Assembly: GCA_964444625.1 (NCBI GenBank)
Contig: CAYUHZ010000002.1
Span: forward strand, 3,338 to 44,989
Source: an uncultured Gammaproteobacteria bacterium
GTDB taxonomy: Bacteria > Patescibacteriota > Patescibacteriia > Patescibacteriales > GWC2-42-12
Reading direction: 5' to 3'
DNA length: 41,652 nt
Shown here: in pieces, positions 1 to 9,667 of the stretch
Numbering within the stretch: the stretch's first letter is position 1
How the letters are laid out: each line of letters opens with the position of its first letter
Made by a program: the position numbers and the translations under genes
The notes under the pieces: model-generated
Databases searched by the model: none
What the model saw: the letters and a program-made list of their open reading frames with translations, nothing else
What the model was told of the DNA's origin: nothing

Positions 1-209
1 TCACTAAACACGCCGAGAATAAATTTGAGTTGCTAAATAAGCACGGTGTTTATCTCACCAAAGAACAGATTGAAAATGCGGTAATCAAACCGGATAAAGT
101 CGTCAGAAAAAACGGTTATTTTTTTGTAAAAAAAGAGGAAATAAAAGTAGTTTATAAAAAAGAAGGGGAGATTATTAGAATTATTACTTTTTATCCCGTG
201 AAGAATTAA
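1..209 (+). CDS. 3' part of a DUF4258-like small protein (putative toxin-type partner); the 5' end lies outside the window
   Basis: Frame 3 is open from the window edge to TAA at 207-209. It translates ..TKHAENKFELLNKHGVYLTKEQIENAVIKPDKVVRKNGYFFVKKEEIKVVYKKEGEIIRIITFYPVKN, which fits the DUF4258 pattern. It is absent from the ORF track because it has no start codon in the window. Confidence 0.55.
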   Translation, partial: TKHAENKFELLNKHGVYLTKEQIENAVIKPDKVVRKNGYFFVKKEEIKVVYKKEGEIIRIITFYPVKN

Positions 210-298
210 TTTTATAATTTTTAATTTTATAAATAATTTCTAAATTTAAAATTTTAAATATTAAAAAATTATTTATAAAATTACAAAATTCAAAAATT

Positions 299-511
299 AT
301 GTTTTACGATAACGAATCAAATATCCTTTCTTGGGAAATTTCCAAAGACCCGATCAGCCACGCGGCGGAATTCGGCAGCTTTATCATTCATTTATCAAAA
401 AATAAAAAACCGGTTCTGATCGAAGTTTTGGACGCGTCAAAATTTATCGGGCAAATGGAAAAACTAAATAAGTTGGAAAAACTGGGCAAAATTTCATTGG
501 AGACAAACTAA
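299..511 (+). CDS. DUF2283 (YuzE-like) small protein, putative antitoxin-type partner of the upstream gene
   Basis: 70-aa ORF. MFYDNESNILSWEISKDP..FIIHLSKNKKPVLIEVLDASKF matches the DUF2283 pattern (YD.e.D.l.i......vi.d....g.ivGIEildAS). Confidence 0.7.
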   Translation: MFYDNESNILSWEISKDPISHAAEFGSFIIHLSKNKKPVLIEVLDASKFIGQMEKLNKLEKLGKISLETN

Positions 512-557
512 CGGGAATTAAGAATCAAGAATTAGGAATAATGGAAATTGTAAAAAC

Positions 558-587
558 CATAATTCATAATTCATAATTCATAATTCA
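558..587. repeat. Tandem heptamer (CATAATT) x4 plus a partial copy, ending 10 nt before the porB start
   Basis: Direct reading: cataatt cataatt cataatt cataatt ca at 558-587. Confidence 0.9.
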
Positions 588-596
588 AGATTTCCT

Positions 597-1538
597 ATGC
601 TAGGCAAAAATCAAAAAACGGCTATAACCAAAGGTTGGACAACTGTTAAAACGCCCCTCCTCGCTCCTGGCCATCGCGCCTGCGCCGGCTGCGGACAGAT
701 GATCGCCGCCAGAACGGTCATAGAAACTCTGGGACAAAATACCATTATCGCTAATACTACTGGTTGTCTGGAGGTTACTACCTCCCCCTTCCCGGAATCA
801 AGCTGGGGCGTTCCATGGATTCACTCTCTGTTTGAAAACGCTTCCGCCGTAGGGTCTGGTATTTTAGCCGCCCTAAAAAAACAAGGCAAGGACAAAGATA
901 TAAAAATTCTAGCTCAAGGCGGAGACGGTGGCGCTTTTGATATCGGCTTTGGCCTGATCAGCGGGATGTGGGAAAGAAATGAAGAAATAATCTATGTTTG
1001 TTACGACAACGAGGGCTATATGAATACCGGCGCGCAAGCTAGCGGATCAACTCCTTGGGCGGCTAACACTTCAACTACTCCCTCGGGCAAAGCCTGTGAT
1101 ATTGACGGCATCGGCTCTCATCTTTTTAAAAAAGATATGATAGCAATCGCTCTGGCCCATGGACTTAAATACGTAGCTCAAACTACTGTCGGTTTCCCTC
1201 TTGATATAATTGATAAAATTAAAAAAGCCGCCGCAACCAACGGCCCCTCCTATGTGCAGATTCTCGTGCCATGCGTTCCTGGTTGGAAAATTAACCCAAG
1301 CCAAACAATTAAACTAGCAAAGCTTGCCGCTCAAACTGGGCTCTGTCCAGTGATTGAATATACCGAAGGTAAATTAACCGGAGCTATGAAAATACCGGCA
1401 AAACAGCCATCAATCGAAGAATATCTCAGGCCACAAGGAAGATTTAAGCATTTATTCAGAGACGAACGCGGCAAAGAACAATTAGAGCACATTCAAGAGA
1501 TAGCCGATGAAAATATCAAAAAATACGGATTAAAATAA
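597..1538 (+). CDS. porB: Pyruvate/2-oxoacid:ferredoxin oxidoreductase, beta (TPP-binding) subunit
   Basis: 313 aa. N-terminal PGHRACAGCG cluster-Cys motif. TPP motif GGDGGAFDIGFG...YDNEGYMNTG. No alpha, gamma or delta subunit gene is adjacent. Confidence 0.88.
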   Translation: MLGKNQKTAITKGWTTVKTPLLAPGHRACAGCGQMIAARTVIETLGQNTIIANTTGCLEVTTSPFPESSWGVPWIHSLFENASAVGSGILAALKKQGKDKDIKILAQGGDGGAFDIGFGLISGMWERNEEIIYVCYDNEGYMNTGAQASGSTPWAANTSTTPSGKACDIDGIGSHLFKKDMIAIALAHGLKYVAQTTVGFPLDIIDKIKKAAATNGPSYVQILVPCVPGWKINPSQTIKLAKLAAQTGLCPVIEYTEGKLTGAMKIPAKQPSIEEYLRPQGRFKHLFRDERGKEQLEHIQEIADENIKKYGLK

Positions 1539-1695
1539 TCATAAATTATCCAACAACTTTTTAGAAATCCAATTCCCAATAGAAAATCGAATTTTTTTAC
1601 TAGTTAAAATGCGTTGGCTTCTTTGAAACAGGAGCGACCGAACGCTTATTTGCATTACGCAAATTAAATTATTTTTATATAGTCGATTCTTATAT

Positions 1696-1742
1696 AGAAA
1701 CAAAAAACCGTTCTGGCTTTGCCTAAACGGTTTTTTGTTTCT
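1696..1742. terminator. Bidirectional intrinsic terminator between convergent porB and rpoC
   Basis: Perfect 16-bp inverted repeat agaaacaaaaaaccgt / acggttttttgtttct with a 15-nt loop. The A/T runs give U-tracts in both directions. Confidence 0.8.
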
Positions 1743-1763
1743 ATGTCTAAAAGAACAAATTAA

Positions 1764-4700
1764 CTATTTATACTTATTTTTATTAAACCCGGTACCAGCA
1801 GGAATCGGACGACCAATGATAACATTTTCTTTCAAGCCCTCTAGTCTGTCTATTTTACCCGTTAAACTGGCGTCAATCAGCACCCTGGCGGTCTCTTGAA
1901 AAGAAGCGGCTGACAAAAAACTGTTGGTAGTGAGTGATGATTTGGTAATTCCCAAGAGCAACAATTCCCCTTTAGCTTCTTTTTTGCCGAGCTTTTTAGC
2001 TGCTACATTACTTCGGTCAAAAACCGCTTTTTCAATAATTTCACCCGGCAACAAGTCGGTTTCCCCCGCGTCAATGATGTACATTCTGGAAAAAACCTGC
2101 CTGGCGATTATCTCAATGTGTTTATCGTTTAACGGTTGGCCTTGAGAAGAGTAGACATATTGAATTTCCTTAATAATGTATTTTTGGGTGCTCAATTTGC
2201 TCTTCAGTTTATACAACTGCTGCAAATCAAGACTGCCTTCTGTCAGTTGATCTCCAATTTTTACTTCATCGCCATCTTTTACCCAAATGCCAAAACCCTT
2301 GGGAACAATAAACTCTTTAATCCTCTCCGCTTCGGTTGTTACCTTGATATATTTATCTTCTAGTTTTACTTTACCGCCACGTTTAGCTTTGAAAAATTTA
2401 TCTCCTACCGAAAAAAGGTCCGCTCCCTTGGGACATTCGGAGCCGTCTTCCACTAAAATTTTAATTTCCGGCTTTTTCTTGTTTTTATTTTCCAATTGCC
2501 ACTCCTTAACACCTTCAGCGATGAAATACTTGTCCGCATCAGTGCCTTGATAATTTATCTTAATAATTTTAGCCTGAGAATTGCTAACAATGGTTTTGCC
2601 TTTTTCGTCTTCAATCACCCGCTGGCCCGTTTCTACCGTCACTTTGCCTGCCACATCAGCTACAAAAGCTTTTCTTTTTGGCATGCGGCACTCAAAAATC
2701 TCATCTACTCTGGGCAAGCCTTGGGTTATGTCTTCTTGGGCCACGCCTCCGGTATGGAAAGTTCTCATTGTCAACTGCGTTCCTGGTTCGCCAATTGATT
2801 GAGCGGCTATAATGCCGACAGCGGTACCGAGCTTAACTTCTTTATTGTAAGCCAAGTCATAGCCATAACACTTGGCGCAAACTCCCCTGTTCAATTTACA
2901 TGATAAAACCGACCTGATCTTGGCTTGACTGATATCCTCTTTGGAAATTTGAACAAAAATTTCATCAGTAACCAATACGCCTGATTTAGCCAGTACTTTA
3001 CCCAAGGAATTCACCAAATCATCAACCAAATAACGTCCAACAGTTCTTTTTGCTACGGTCAAACCCATTTCTTCGCTTTCTTCCTTGGTAATAGTCAATC
3101 CTTCGCTATCCTGGCAATCATCTTCTGTAATAACTACGTCTTGGGCCACATCTATCAAGCGCCTGGTCAAATAACCGGCATTGGAAGTTCTTAAGGCGGT
3201 GTCTGATAAGCCTTTGCGAACGCCATGGGTGGCGATAAAATATTCCAAGACATCAAAACCTTTTTTAAAATTACCCTTTACTGGCAATTCAATAATTTCA
3301 CCGCTAGGCGAAGTAACCAAACCTTTCATTCCCAAAATCTGGGTAAGCTGCGCCCAACTGCCTCTGGCGCCAGATTCAATCATTGAATAAACCGGACCAT
3401 CTTTAGATAAACCGACTTTGCAAATATCAGTTACCCGCTCTCTTACTGAAGTCCACAGTTCAATTATTTTGCTGTATCTTTCGCTATCGGTCAACAAACC
3501 ATCGTTATATTGCTCTTGGATTTCATCGGCTTGGAAATTAGACTGTTCGATTAATTCTTCTTTATCTTGCAATCTAGGCAGATCATCCATGCCCCAAGAC
3601 AAACCGCTCCTGGTTATATAATTGAAACTAACATCCTTAAGTTCGTCCAAAAAATCCACCGTTCGTTCTTCGCCGTAAAAATGCAAGCAATCCTTAACAA
3701 TGCTTTTCAGCTTTCCCTTGCCTACCACTTCATTCACATATTTTAATTTTTCCGGCAGGACATCGTTAAAAATTATTTTACCGATAGTCGTTCTAACAAG
3801 TTGGCCATCATCAAATTTGACCATAATCGGCTCTCGCAAATCAACTTTATCCAAACTATAGGCATATTTTGCTTCCAGCAAAGAAGAAAAATGTTTTAAT
3901 TCTTTGTCGGCTTTGGCGGTCGCTTTTTCACTAGTCACATAAAACGTGCCCCAAACTATATCTTGCCCGGGAGCAACCACCGGATCTCCGGTAGCTGGTT
4001 TTAACAAATTGTGCGAAGCCAACATCAAATCACGGGCTTCCGTTACAGCCTCTTCCGTCAACGGGACATGAACCGCCATTTGGTCTCCGTCAAAATCAGC
4101 GTTAAAGGCAGCGCATACCAAGGGGTGTATTTGAATGGCTAGACCCTCGATCAAAACAGGACGGAAAGCCTGAATGCCCAGACGGTGAAGGGTTGGAGCG
4201 CGATTCAACAAAACAAACGCTCCCTTGATAATCTCTTCTAAAATATCCCAAACCTCATCGTGGCCGGCTTCAATATAACGAGAAGCGCTGCGCACATTAT
4301 GGACAATTTCTTGTTGTATTAGTTTGCTGATAATAAAAGGCTTAAATAACTCCAGCGCCATCCTCTTCGGCAAACCGCATTGGAATAACCTCAATTTCGG
4401 GTTTACCACGATTACGCTACGTCCGGAATAATCGATTCTTTTTCCTAATAGATTCTGCCTGAACCTGCCTTGCTTTCCTTTGAGCGAATCAGCCAAAGAC
4501 TTGAGCATTCTTTTTTGCCCGGTTGAAGCCACCACCGTCTTACCGTGCCTGACGGAGTTGTCAATCAAAGCGTCAACCGCTTCCTGCAACATTCTTTTTT
4601 CATTGCGGCAAATAACTTCCGGAGCGTTTAATTCTACCAACTGTTTCAATCGGTTATTGCGATTGATGATGCGGCGATATAAATCATTGAGATCCGATGT

Positions 4701-5708
4701 GGCGAAACGTCCCCCGTCCAAAGGAACCATCGGACGTAAATCAGGAGGAATTACTGGCACCACATTTAATACCATCCACTCCGGCCTGATATTGTTGGCT
4801 TGTAAATTTCTTAACAATTTCAAACGACGGATCAACTTGTCTTTTTTGGAATCTATTGCTTCACCGGTTAATTCTTGTTCCAGCTCTCCGATTAATTTAG
4901 GCAAATCAATACGTTCAAGCAATTTTCTTACCGACTCGGCTCCGATACCGGCGGTAAAAATATGGCCATATTTCAAGCTTAAATTTTGGTAATTACTTTC
5001 AGAAATAATTGTCAAAGGCTTGAGTTCTTTTAACTCTTTCAACGCTTGGTCAAAGGCCTTGTCCAGGTTATCAATTTTTTCGTCCTTGGCTTGCTCCAGG
5101 GCCTCAATTTCTTTATTAACTAGCTGATCTATTGACAACTCGTCCTTGCCTTGTTGCATTAATTTGCCTTTCTTGCTCTTTATTTCTTGGGTCTGCCTGG
5201 AAAAATCGCCTTCAATGCTTTTTTTCTTATTTTTGTATTCCTGTTTTACTTGTTCGATAGTCGCTTGCCTTAATTCTTCATTTACATCGGTAATGATGAA
5301 ACTGGCGAAATAAACCACTTTTTCCAAAGCCTGCATAGACAGATCGAGCGCCAAACCGATCTTAGAAGAAATACCGCGCAAAAACCAAATATGCGTACAT
5401 GGGGACTGAAGGGTAATGTGCCCCATTCTTTCACGACGAACTAAGCTGCGAGTTACCTCCACTCCGCATTTATCGCAAATAATACCCTTATAACGTATCT
5501 TTTTATACTTACCGCAATAACACTCCCAATCCTTTGACGGACCAAAAATTCGTTCGCAAAATAAACCGTCTTTCTCTGGTTTTTGCGTGCGATAATTAAT
5601 GGTTTCCGGTTTGACAACCTCGCCATAAGACCAGCTTAAAATATCGTCAGGCGATGCCAATTTTAATTTGATGGCATCAAAATCGGTAGTTTTTATTGGA
5701 TTCATCAT
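1764..5708 (-). CDS. rpoC: DNA-directed RNA polymerase subunit beta'
   Basis: 1314 aa. Zn-finger CYCGKYKKIRYKGIICDKCGVEV, catalytic NADFDGDQMAVH, trigger-loop and bridge-helix regions recognisable. Confidence 0.98.
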   Translation of the reverse strand: MMNPIKTTDFDAIKLKLASPDDILSWSYGEVVKPETINYRTQKPEKDGLFCERIFGPSKDWECYCGKYKKIRYKGIICDKCGVEVTRSLVRRERMGHITLQSPCTHIWFLRGISSKIGLALDLSMQALEKVVYFASFIITDVNEELRQATIEQVKQEYKNKKKSIEGDFSRQTQEIKSKKGKLMQQGKDELSIDQLVNKEIEALEQAKDEKIDNLDKAFDQALKELKELKPLTIISESNYQNLSLKYGHIFTAGIGAESVRKLLERIDLPKLIGELEQELTGEAIDSKKDKLIRRLKLLRNLQANNIRPEWMVLNVVPVIPPDLRPMVPLDGGRFATSDLNDLYRRIINRNNRLKQLVELNAPEVICRNEKRMLQEAVDALIDNSVRHGKTVVASTGQKRMLKSLADSLKGKQGRFRQNLLGKRIDYSGRSVIVVNPKLRLFQCGLPKRMALELFKPFIISKLIQQEIVHNVRSASRYIEAGHDEVWDILEEIIKGAFVLLNRAPTLHRLGIQAFRPVLIEGLAIQIHPLVCAAFNADFDGDQMAVHVPLTEEAVTEARDLMLASHNLLKPATGDPVVAPGQDIVWGTFYVTSEKATAKADKELKHFSSLLEAKYAYSLDKVDLREPIMVKFDDGQLVRTTIGKIIFNDVLPEKLKYVNEVVGKGKLKSIVKDCLHFYGEERTVDFLDELKDVSFNYITRSGLSWGMDDLPRLQDKEELIEQSNFQADEIQEQYNDGLLTDSERYSKIIELWTSVRERVTDICKVGLSKDGPVYSMIESGARGSWAQLTQILGMKGLVTSPSGEIIELPVKGNFKKGFDVLEYFIATHGVRKGLSDTALRTSNAGYLTRRLIDVAQDVVITEDDCQDSEGLTITKEESEEMGLTVAKRTVGRYLVDDLVNSLGKVLAKSGVLVTDEIFVQISKEDISQAKIRSVLSCKLNRGVCAKCYGYDLAYNKEVKLGTAVGIIAAQSIGEPGTQLTMRTFHTGGVAQEDITQGLPRVDEIFECRMPKRKAFVADVAGKVTVETGQRVIEDEKGKTIVSNSQAKIIKINYQGTDADKYFIAEGVKEWQLENKNKKKPEIKILVEDGSECPKGADLFSVGDKFFKAKRGGKVKLEDKYIKVTTEAERIKEFIVPKGFGIWVKDGDEVKIGDQLTEGSLDLQQLYKLKSKLSTQKYIIKEIQYVYSSQGQPLNDKHIEIIARQVFSRMYIIDAGETDLLPGEIIEKAVFDRSNVAAKKLGKKEAKGELLLLGITKSSLTTNSFLSAASFQETARVLIDASLTGKIDRLEGLKENVIIGRPIPAGTGFNKNKYK

Positions 5709-5739
5709 ATATTGATTATAGAAATTTGTTAGCTAATAA

Positions 5740-8700
5740 TTAAGGCTTCTCTTTTTTTTCTTCGCTGGGGCTGAAATTAGCCTGCTCGGAAAATATGTTA
5801 GGAGGCCTTTCTTCTTCTATCTTTTCCAATTCTACCAAATTGCCCTCGGCATCCAATAAGCTAACATCCAAACACAAACCCTTTAACTCCCGTATCAAAA
5901 CGTTAAAAGATTCCGGCACGTTCAATTTTTTTATCTGCTCGCCCTTGATAATCGCCTCATAGGCCTTGCTTCTTCCCGGCACATCGTCGGATTTAATTGT
6001 CAAAATTTCTTGTAAGGTATGGGCTGCGCCGTAGCCTTCGAGCGCCCAAACTTCCATTTCGCCAAATCTCTGTCCGCCAAACTGGGCTTTGCCGCCCAAG
6101 GGCTGTTGCGTGATCAGAGAATATGGGCCGATTGAACGTTGGTGTATTTTGTCTTCAACCATATGATTCAATTTCAACATATACTTGTAGCCAACTGTGA
6201 CTTTATGCTCAAAAGAATCGCCAGACTTGCCGTTATAGAGGGAAACCTTGCCGTCTTCTGGCAAACCAGCCTTCGCTAACAGCTGTTTAATATCTTCTTC
6301 TCTTATGCCGTCTAACGACGGAATAGCGACTTTGATGTTTAATTTTCTCGCGGCAAAACCTAAATGTGTTTCCAAGAGCTGACCCAAGTTCATGCGAGAA
6401 ACAATACCCAAGGGAGACAGGACGATATCAACTGGCGTACCATCTTCCATATAAGGCATGTCTTCAATCGGCACGATTTTTGAAATTACACCCTTGTTGC
6501 CATGACGACCAGCCATCTTGTCTCCGACCTGAATTTTTCTTAAATTCGCCACTGTTACCTGGATCGACTGAATCACTCCGGCCGATAGCTTATCGCCTGC
6601 TTCTCGTGAAAAAATCTTCACATCAACCACTTTGCCATGTTCTCCGTGCTCAAGGTACAAAGAGGAGTCGCGGACATCTTTGGCTTTCTCGCCAAAAATG
6701 GCGCGTAACAATTTTTCCTCAGCCGAAAGCTCAGTTTCGCCTTTCGGAGTGATTTTACCCACCAAAATATCTCCACTTGAAACTTCAGCGCCGATCCTCA
6801 CAATCCCCTTTTCGTCCAAATCTTTTAATTTTTCGTCGCCAATATTGGGAATATCGCTAGTCACCAGCTCTGGACCAAGCTTGGTGTCGCGTACGTCAAT
6901 CGTATAATCTTCTATGTGAATCGAAGAAAAAACATCGTCTCTAACCAATCTTTCGGAAATAACAATCGCATCTTCGTAGTTAAAGCCCTCCCAAGTCATA
7001 AAAGCCACCAATACATTGCGTCCGAGCGCCAATTCGCCTTTATCAATAGCTGAAGCATCGGTTAAAACTTCGCCTTTTTTTACTTCTTGGCCTTTAAAGA
7101 CAATCGGTCTTTGATTGATGCAAGTTGATGCGTTGGATCGTAAAAATTTATTCAGTTTATAACACTTGCTCTTATCGTCTTTATCTCTCACTTCAACGCA
7201 AGAACTCTCTACTTTTGAAATAATTCCGCCTGATTCAGCAAGAACAATATGTCCGGAATCACAAGCCGCTTTCATTTCAATGCCAGTTCCGACAATGGGC
7301 GACTCGGCAGAAATCAGAGGCACCGCCTGACGTTGCATATTAGTTCCCATCAATGCCCTGATGCCATCATCATGCTCTAGAAAAGGTATCAACGAAGTAG
7401 CAATCGAAACAATTTGATTGGCGGCAACACCGATATAATCAATATTGCTCACATTATCGATTGATGGTTGCCCGTATTTTCTGACTTCTGTTTTTTCTAC
7501 CAAAAAATAACCGTTATTATCGATCGGGGTGGTAAAAGAGGCGGTGATGCATCTTTCTTCTGCGAATGCTTCTAAAAATACAATTTCATTGGTAACTATG
7601 GGCTTAATCGGTATGGTTACATGGCCCAATTTTCGTTGCAACTCTTCGGCGGCTTGCCTGGTAATTATTTCGCCTGCCGCAATAAGAAGTTTCCCGGGCT
7701 GACCGTCTTTAATTTCAAATATATCTTCTCTAGTAATTTTATTTGTCGTGATCTCTGGATTATTTTCAACGTCATGCAGCACAACACGATATGGCGATTC
7801 AATGAAGCCATAGCTATTTACTCTGGCGAAACTTGCAAGATGACCGACCAAGCCAATATTCGGGCCTTCGGGAGTGGCAATTGGGCAAATGCGCCCGTAG
7901 TGAGTGGTGTGAACATCGCGCACTTCAAAACCAGCTCGCTCACGAGTCAGTCCGCCCGGCCCCATAGCCGATAATCTCCGCTTATGCTCCAATTCCGCCA
8001 AGGGGTTAGTCTGATCCATAAATTGAGATAACTGTGAAGACATGAAAAACTCCTTGACCACGCTGATTACCGGTCTAGCGTTAATCAATTTATTCGGAGT
8101 TAAACTGTCCAGATCGATAATGCTCATCCGGTCTTTGACGATTCTTTCCATGCGCGCCAAACCGACTCTAAATTTGTTTTGAATCAATTCACCGATTGCT
8201 CTGACACGGCGGTTGCCCAAATGATCGATATCATCTTCTTTGCCTTGAGTAATATTCAGCCTAATAACTTCGGAAATAATAGCGATTAAATCTTCGCATC
8301 GCAAAACTCTGGTTTCTTTGTTGTTTGGAATGTCAAAATTAAATCTTTTATTCAATTTATACCGGCCGACTCGGTCAAAATCATAGCGATCAAAGCGGAA
8401 AAACATTGAATGGATCAACTGCCTAGCGTTATCGGAAGTGGCTAAATCACCCGGCCTGATTCTCTTGTAAACTTCCTTCAAGCCCTCGGCTTCATTTTTA
8501 GCAACATCCTTGGCAATAGTGGAATTAATATAGCTAGTCTCGCCGTCAAGATCCACTTCTTGAAAAAGTTGCTTCAGCTCTTCATCACTGGAAAAACCGA
8601 AAGCTCTGAGTAAGGAAGTGATAGCCACTTTTCTCTTGCGATCAATTCTCGCCCAAATCACATTGTTGGAATCGGTTTCTATTTCAACCCAAGCACCTCT

Positions 8701-9180
8701 GTTGGGGATAATCTTCGCTCCATAGTATTTGCGCCCCTTGATAAATTCTGAAGAAAAAATAACGCCCGCGCTACGTATCAGTTGAGAAACAACCACTCTT
8801 TCAATGCCGTTTACGATAAAAGTTCCGTTCTTTGTCATCAAAGGAAAATCGCCCAGAAAAACTTCCTGCGCCAACGCTTGCTCGGTTTTTTTGTTTACCA
8901 GCCGCGCCTTGACCCTCAGCGAAGCTTCAAAAGTTATATTTTTCGCCTTACATTCAGCTTCGTTGAATTTTGGCTCGTCTAAATAATAATCTTCCAAATA
9001 TAACTCTAGATCGCGACCGATAAAATCGGTGATCGGAGATATTTCGTCAAACAGATCGGCCAAACCTTCGTCCATGAACCAACAGTAAGAATCTTTTTGT
9101 ATCTCTATCAAGTCAGGCAATGGCGTACTGACGGTTGTTTTGGCCAGATACTGCCGTGGATTAATTTTCGTTTGTGACAT
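5740..9180 (-). CDS. rpoB: DNA-directed RNA polymerase subunit beta
   Basis: Conserved blocks present: GPNIGL, MGTNMQRQAVPL, NYEDAI, GRHGNKGV and others. The ORF track starts at a TTG at 9207. I prefer the ATG at 9180 (MSQTKINPRQYL), so the start is uncertain by 9 codons. Confidence 0.96.
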   Translation of the reverse strand: MSQTKINPRQYLAKTTVSTPLPDLIEIQKDSYCWFMDEGLADLFDEISPITDFIGRDLELYLEDYYLDEPKFNEAECKAKNITFEASLRVKARLVNKKTEQALAQEVFLGDFPLMTKNGTFIVNGIERVVVSQLIRSAGVIFSSEFIKGRKYYGAKIIPNRGAWVEIETDSNNVIWARIDRKRKVAITSLLRAFGFSSDEELKQLFQEVDLDGETSYINSTIAKDVAKNEAEGLKEVYKRIRPGDLATSDNARQLIHSMFFRFDRYDFDRVGRYKLNKRFNFDIPNNKETRVLRCEDLIAIISEVIRLNITQGKEDDIDHLGNRRVRAIGELIQNKFRVGLARMERIVKDRMSIIDLDSLTPNKLINARPVISVVKEFFMSSQLSQFMDQTNPLAELEHKRRLSAMGPGGLTRERAGFEVRDVHTTHYGRICPIATPEGPNIGLVGHLASFARVNSYGFIESPYRVVLHDVENNPEITTNKITREDIFEIKDGQPGKLLIAAGEIITRQAAEELQRKLGHVTIPIKPIVTNEIVFLEAFAEERCITASFTTPIDNNGYFLVEKTEVRKYGQPSIDNVSNIDYIGVAANQIVSIATSLIPFLEHDDGIRALMGTNMQRQAVPLISAESPIVGTGIEMKAACDSGHIVLAESGGIISKVESSCVEVRDKDDKSKCYKLNKFLRSNASTCINQRPIVFKGQEVKKGEVLTDASAIDKGELALGRNVLVAFMTWEGFNYEDAIVISERLVRDDVFSSIHIEDYTIDVRDTKLGPELVTSDIPNIGDEKLKDLDEKGIVRIGAEVSSGDILVGKITPKGETELSAEEKLLRAIFGEKAKDVRDSSLYLEHGEHGKVVDVKIFSREAGDKLSAGVIQSIQVTVANLRKIQVGDKMAGRHGNKGVISKIVPIEDMPYMEDGTPVDIVLSPLGIVSRMNLGQLLETHLGFAARKLNIKVAIPSLDGIREEDIKQLLAKAGLPEDGKVSLYNGKSGDSFEHKVTVGYKYMLKLNHMVEDKIHQRSIGPYSLITQQPLGGKAQFGGQRFGEMEVWALEGYGAAHTLQEILTIKSDDVPGRSKAYEAIIKGEQIKKLNVPESFNVLIRELKGLCLDVSLLDAEGNLVELEKIEEERPPNIFSEQANFSPSEEKKEKP

Positions 9181-9543
9181 AGGTTTATTATTGCGCCCTA
9201 ACCCCAAACCTTGAGTGAAAAAATTTATCCGAAATAAAAAACCTCATTTGCTTTTTGCAATGAGTTGAATCTATTTCTTTAATTTAAGAGGTCTGCGACC
9301 AAAACAGGAGTTTTTTTAAACACTCTTTTGGAACTTAATAAATAAAGCGGGCAAGAAGCATGGATTATTTTGCAAATATTTAATAAATTAAAATTTAAAA
9401 GAAAAAATGTAGAAAAACAAAAATCAGCTAACTAGCGAATAAACACCGTGTTATTTCAGTTTCTATTTTTTATTTATGATATATTTAATACTAATGTTTT
9501 ACAAATCTTAATTTATACTAACAATATTTTTTTTGCTTGTCAA

Positions 9544-9567
9544 GGGGTTGTATTAGGGGTTGTATTA
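9544..9567 (+). repeat. Perfect tandem direct 12-mer GGGGTTGTATTA x2, 12 nt upstream of the secE-operon -35
   Basis: ggggttgtatta at 9544-9555 and again at 9556-9567. G-runs are rare in this AT-rich spacer. Confidence 0.9.
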
Positions 9568-9579
9568 GTCAGTAAAGTA

Positions 9580-9608
9580 TTGACAAAATTTACCTATTAA
9601 GATATTAT
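9580..9608 (+). promoter_or_regulatory. Sigma-70-type promoter for secE-nusG-rplK-rplA
   Basis: TTGACA (9580-9585), 17-nt spacer, TATTAT (9603-9608). It lies ~60 nt upstream of the secE ATG. Confidence 0.6.
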
Positions 9609-9667
9609 TATAATAACAATCAAATAAGCGGCCGCCAAGGCTGTTTTTTAATAATCAATAAATATAT

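Noticed and set aside
215-255. ~40-nt AT-only similarity between 215-255 and 41206-41243 (TAATTTTTAATTTT..AAATAATTT..) at the two ends of the window
   Set aside because: This is purely A/T low-complexity sequence. In an effectively two-letter alphabet, 14-mer and 9-mer matches are expected among the intergenic regions, so there is no basis for calling them element termini.
4480-4992. 170-aa plus-strand ORF, and many other 60-130-aa ORFs antisense to rpoC, rpoB, dnaK, secD, secA and other genes in the ORF track
   Set aside because: They lie entirely inside, and antisense to, unambiguous highly conserved genes. Their composition is low-complexity or odd, and they have no recognisable motifs or expression signals. 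These are typical shadow ORFs.
9253-9264. Shared 12-mer TTTTGCAATGAG at 9253-9264 (rpoB upstream region) and 10492-10503 (rplK leader)
   Set aside because: Dozens of 12-mer coincidences are expected in 41 kb. The two copies have different orientation relative to their nearest genes, and the surrounding sequence is not similar.
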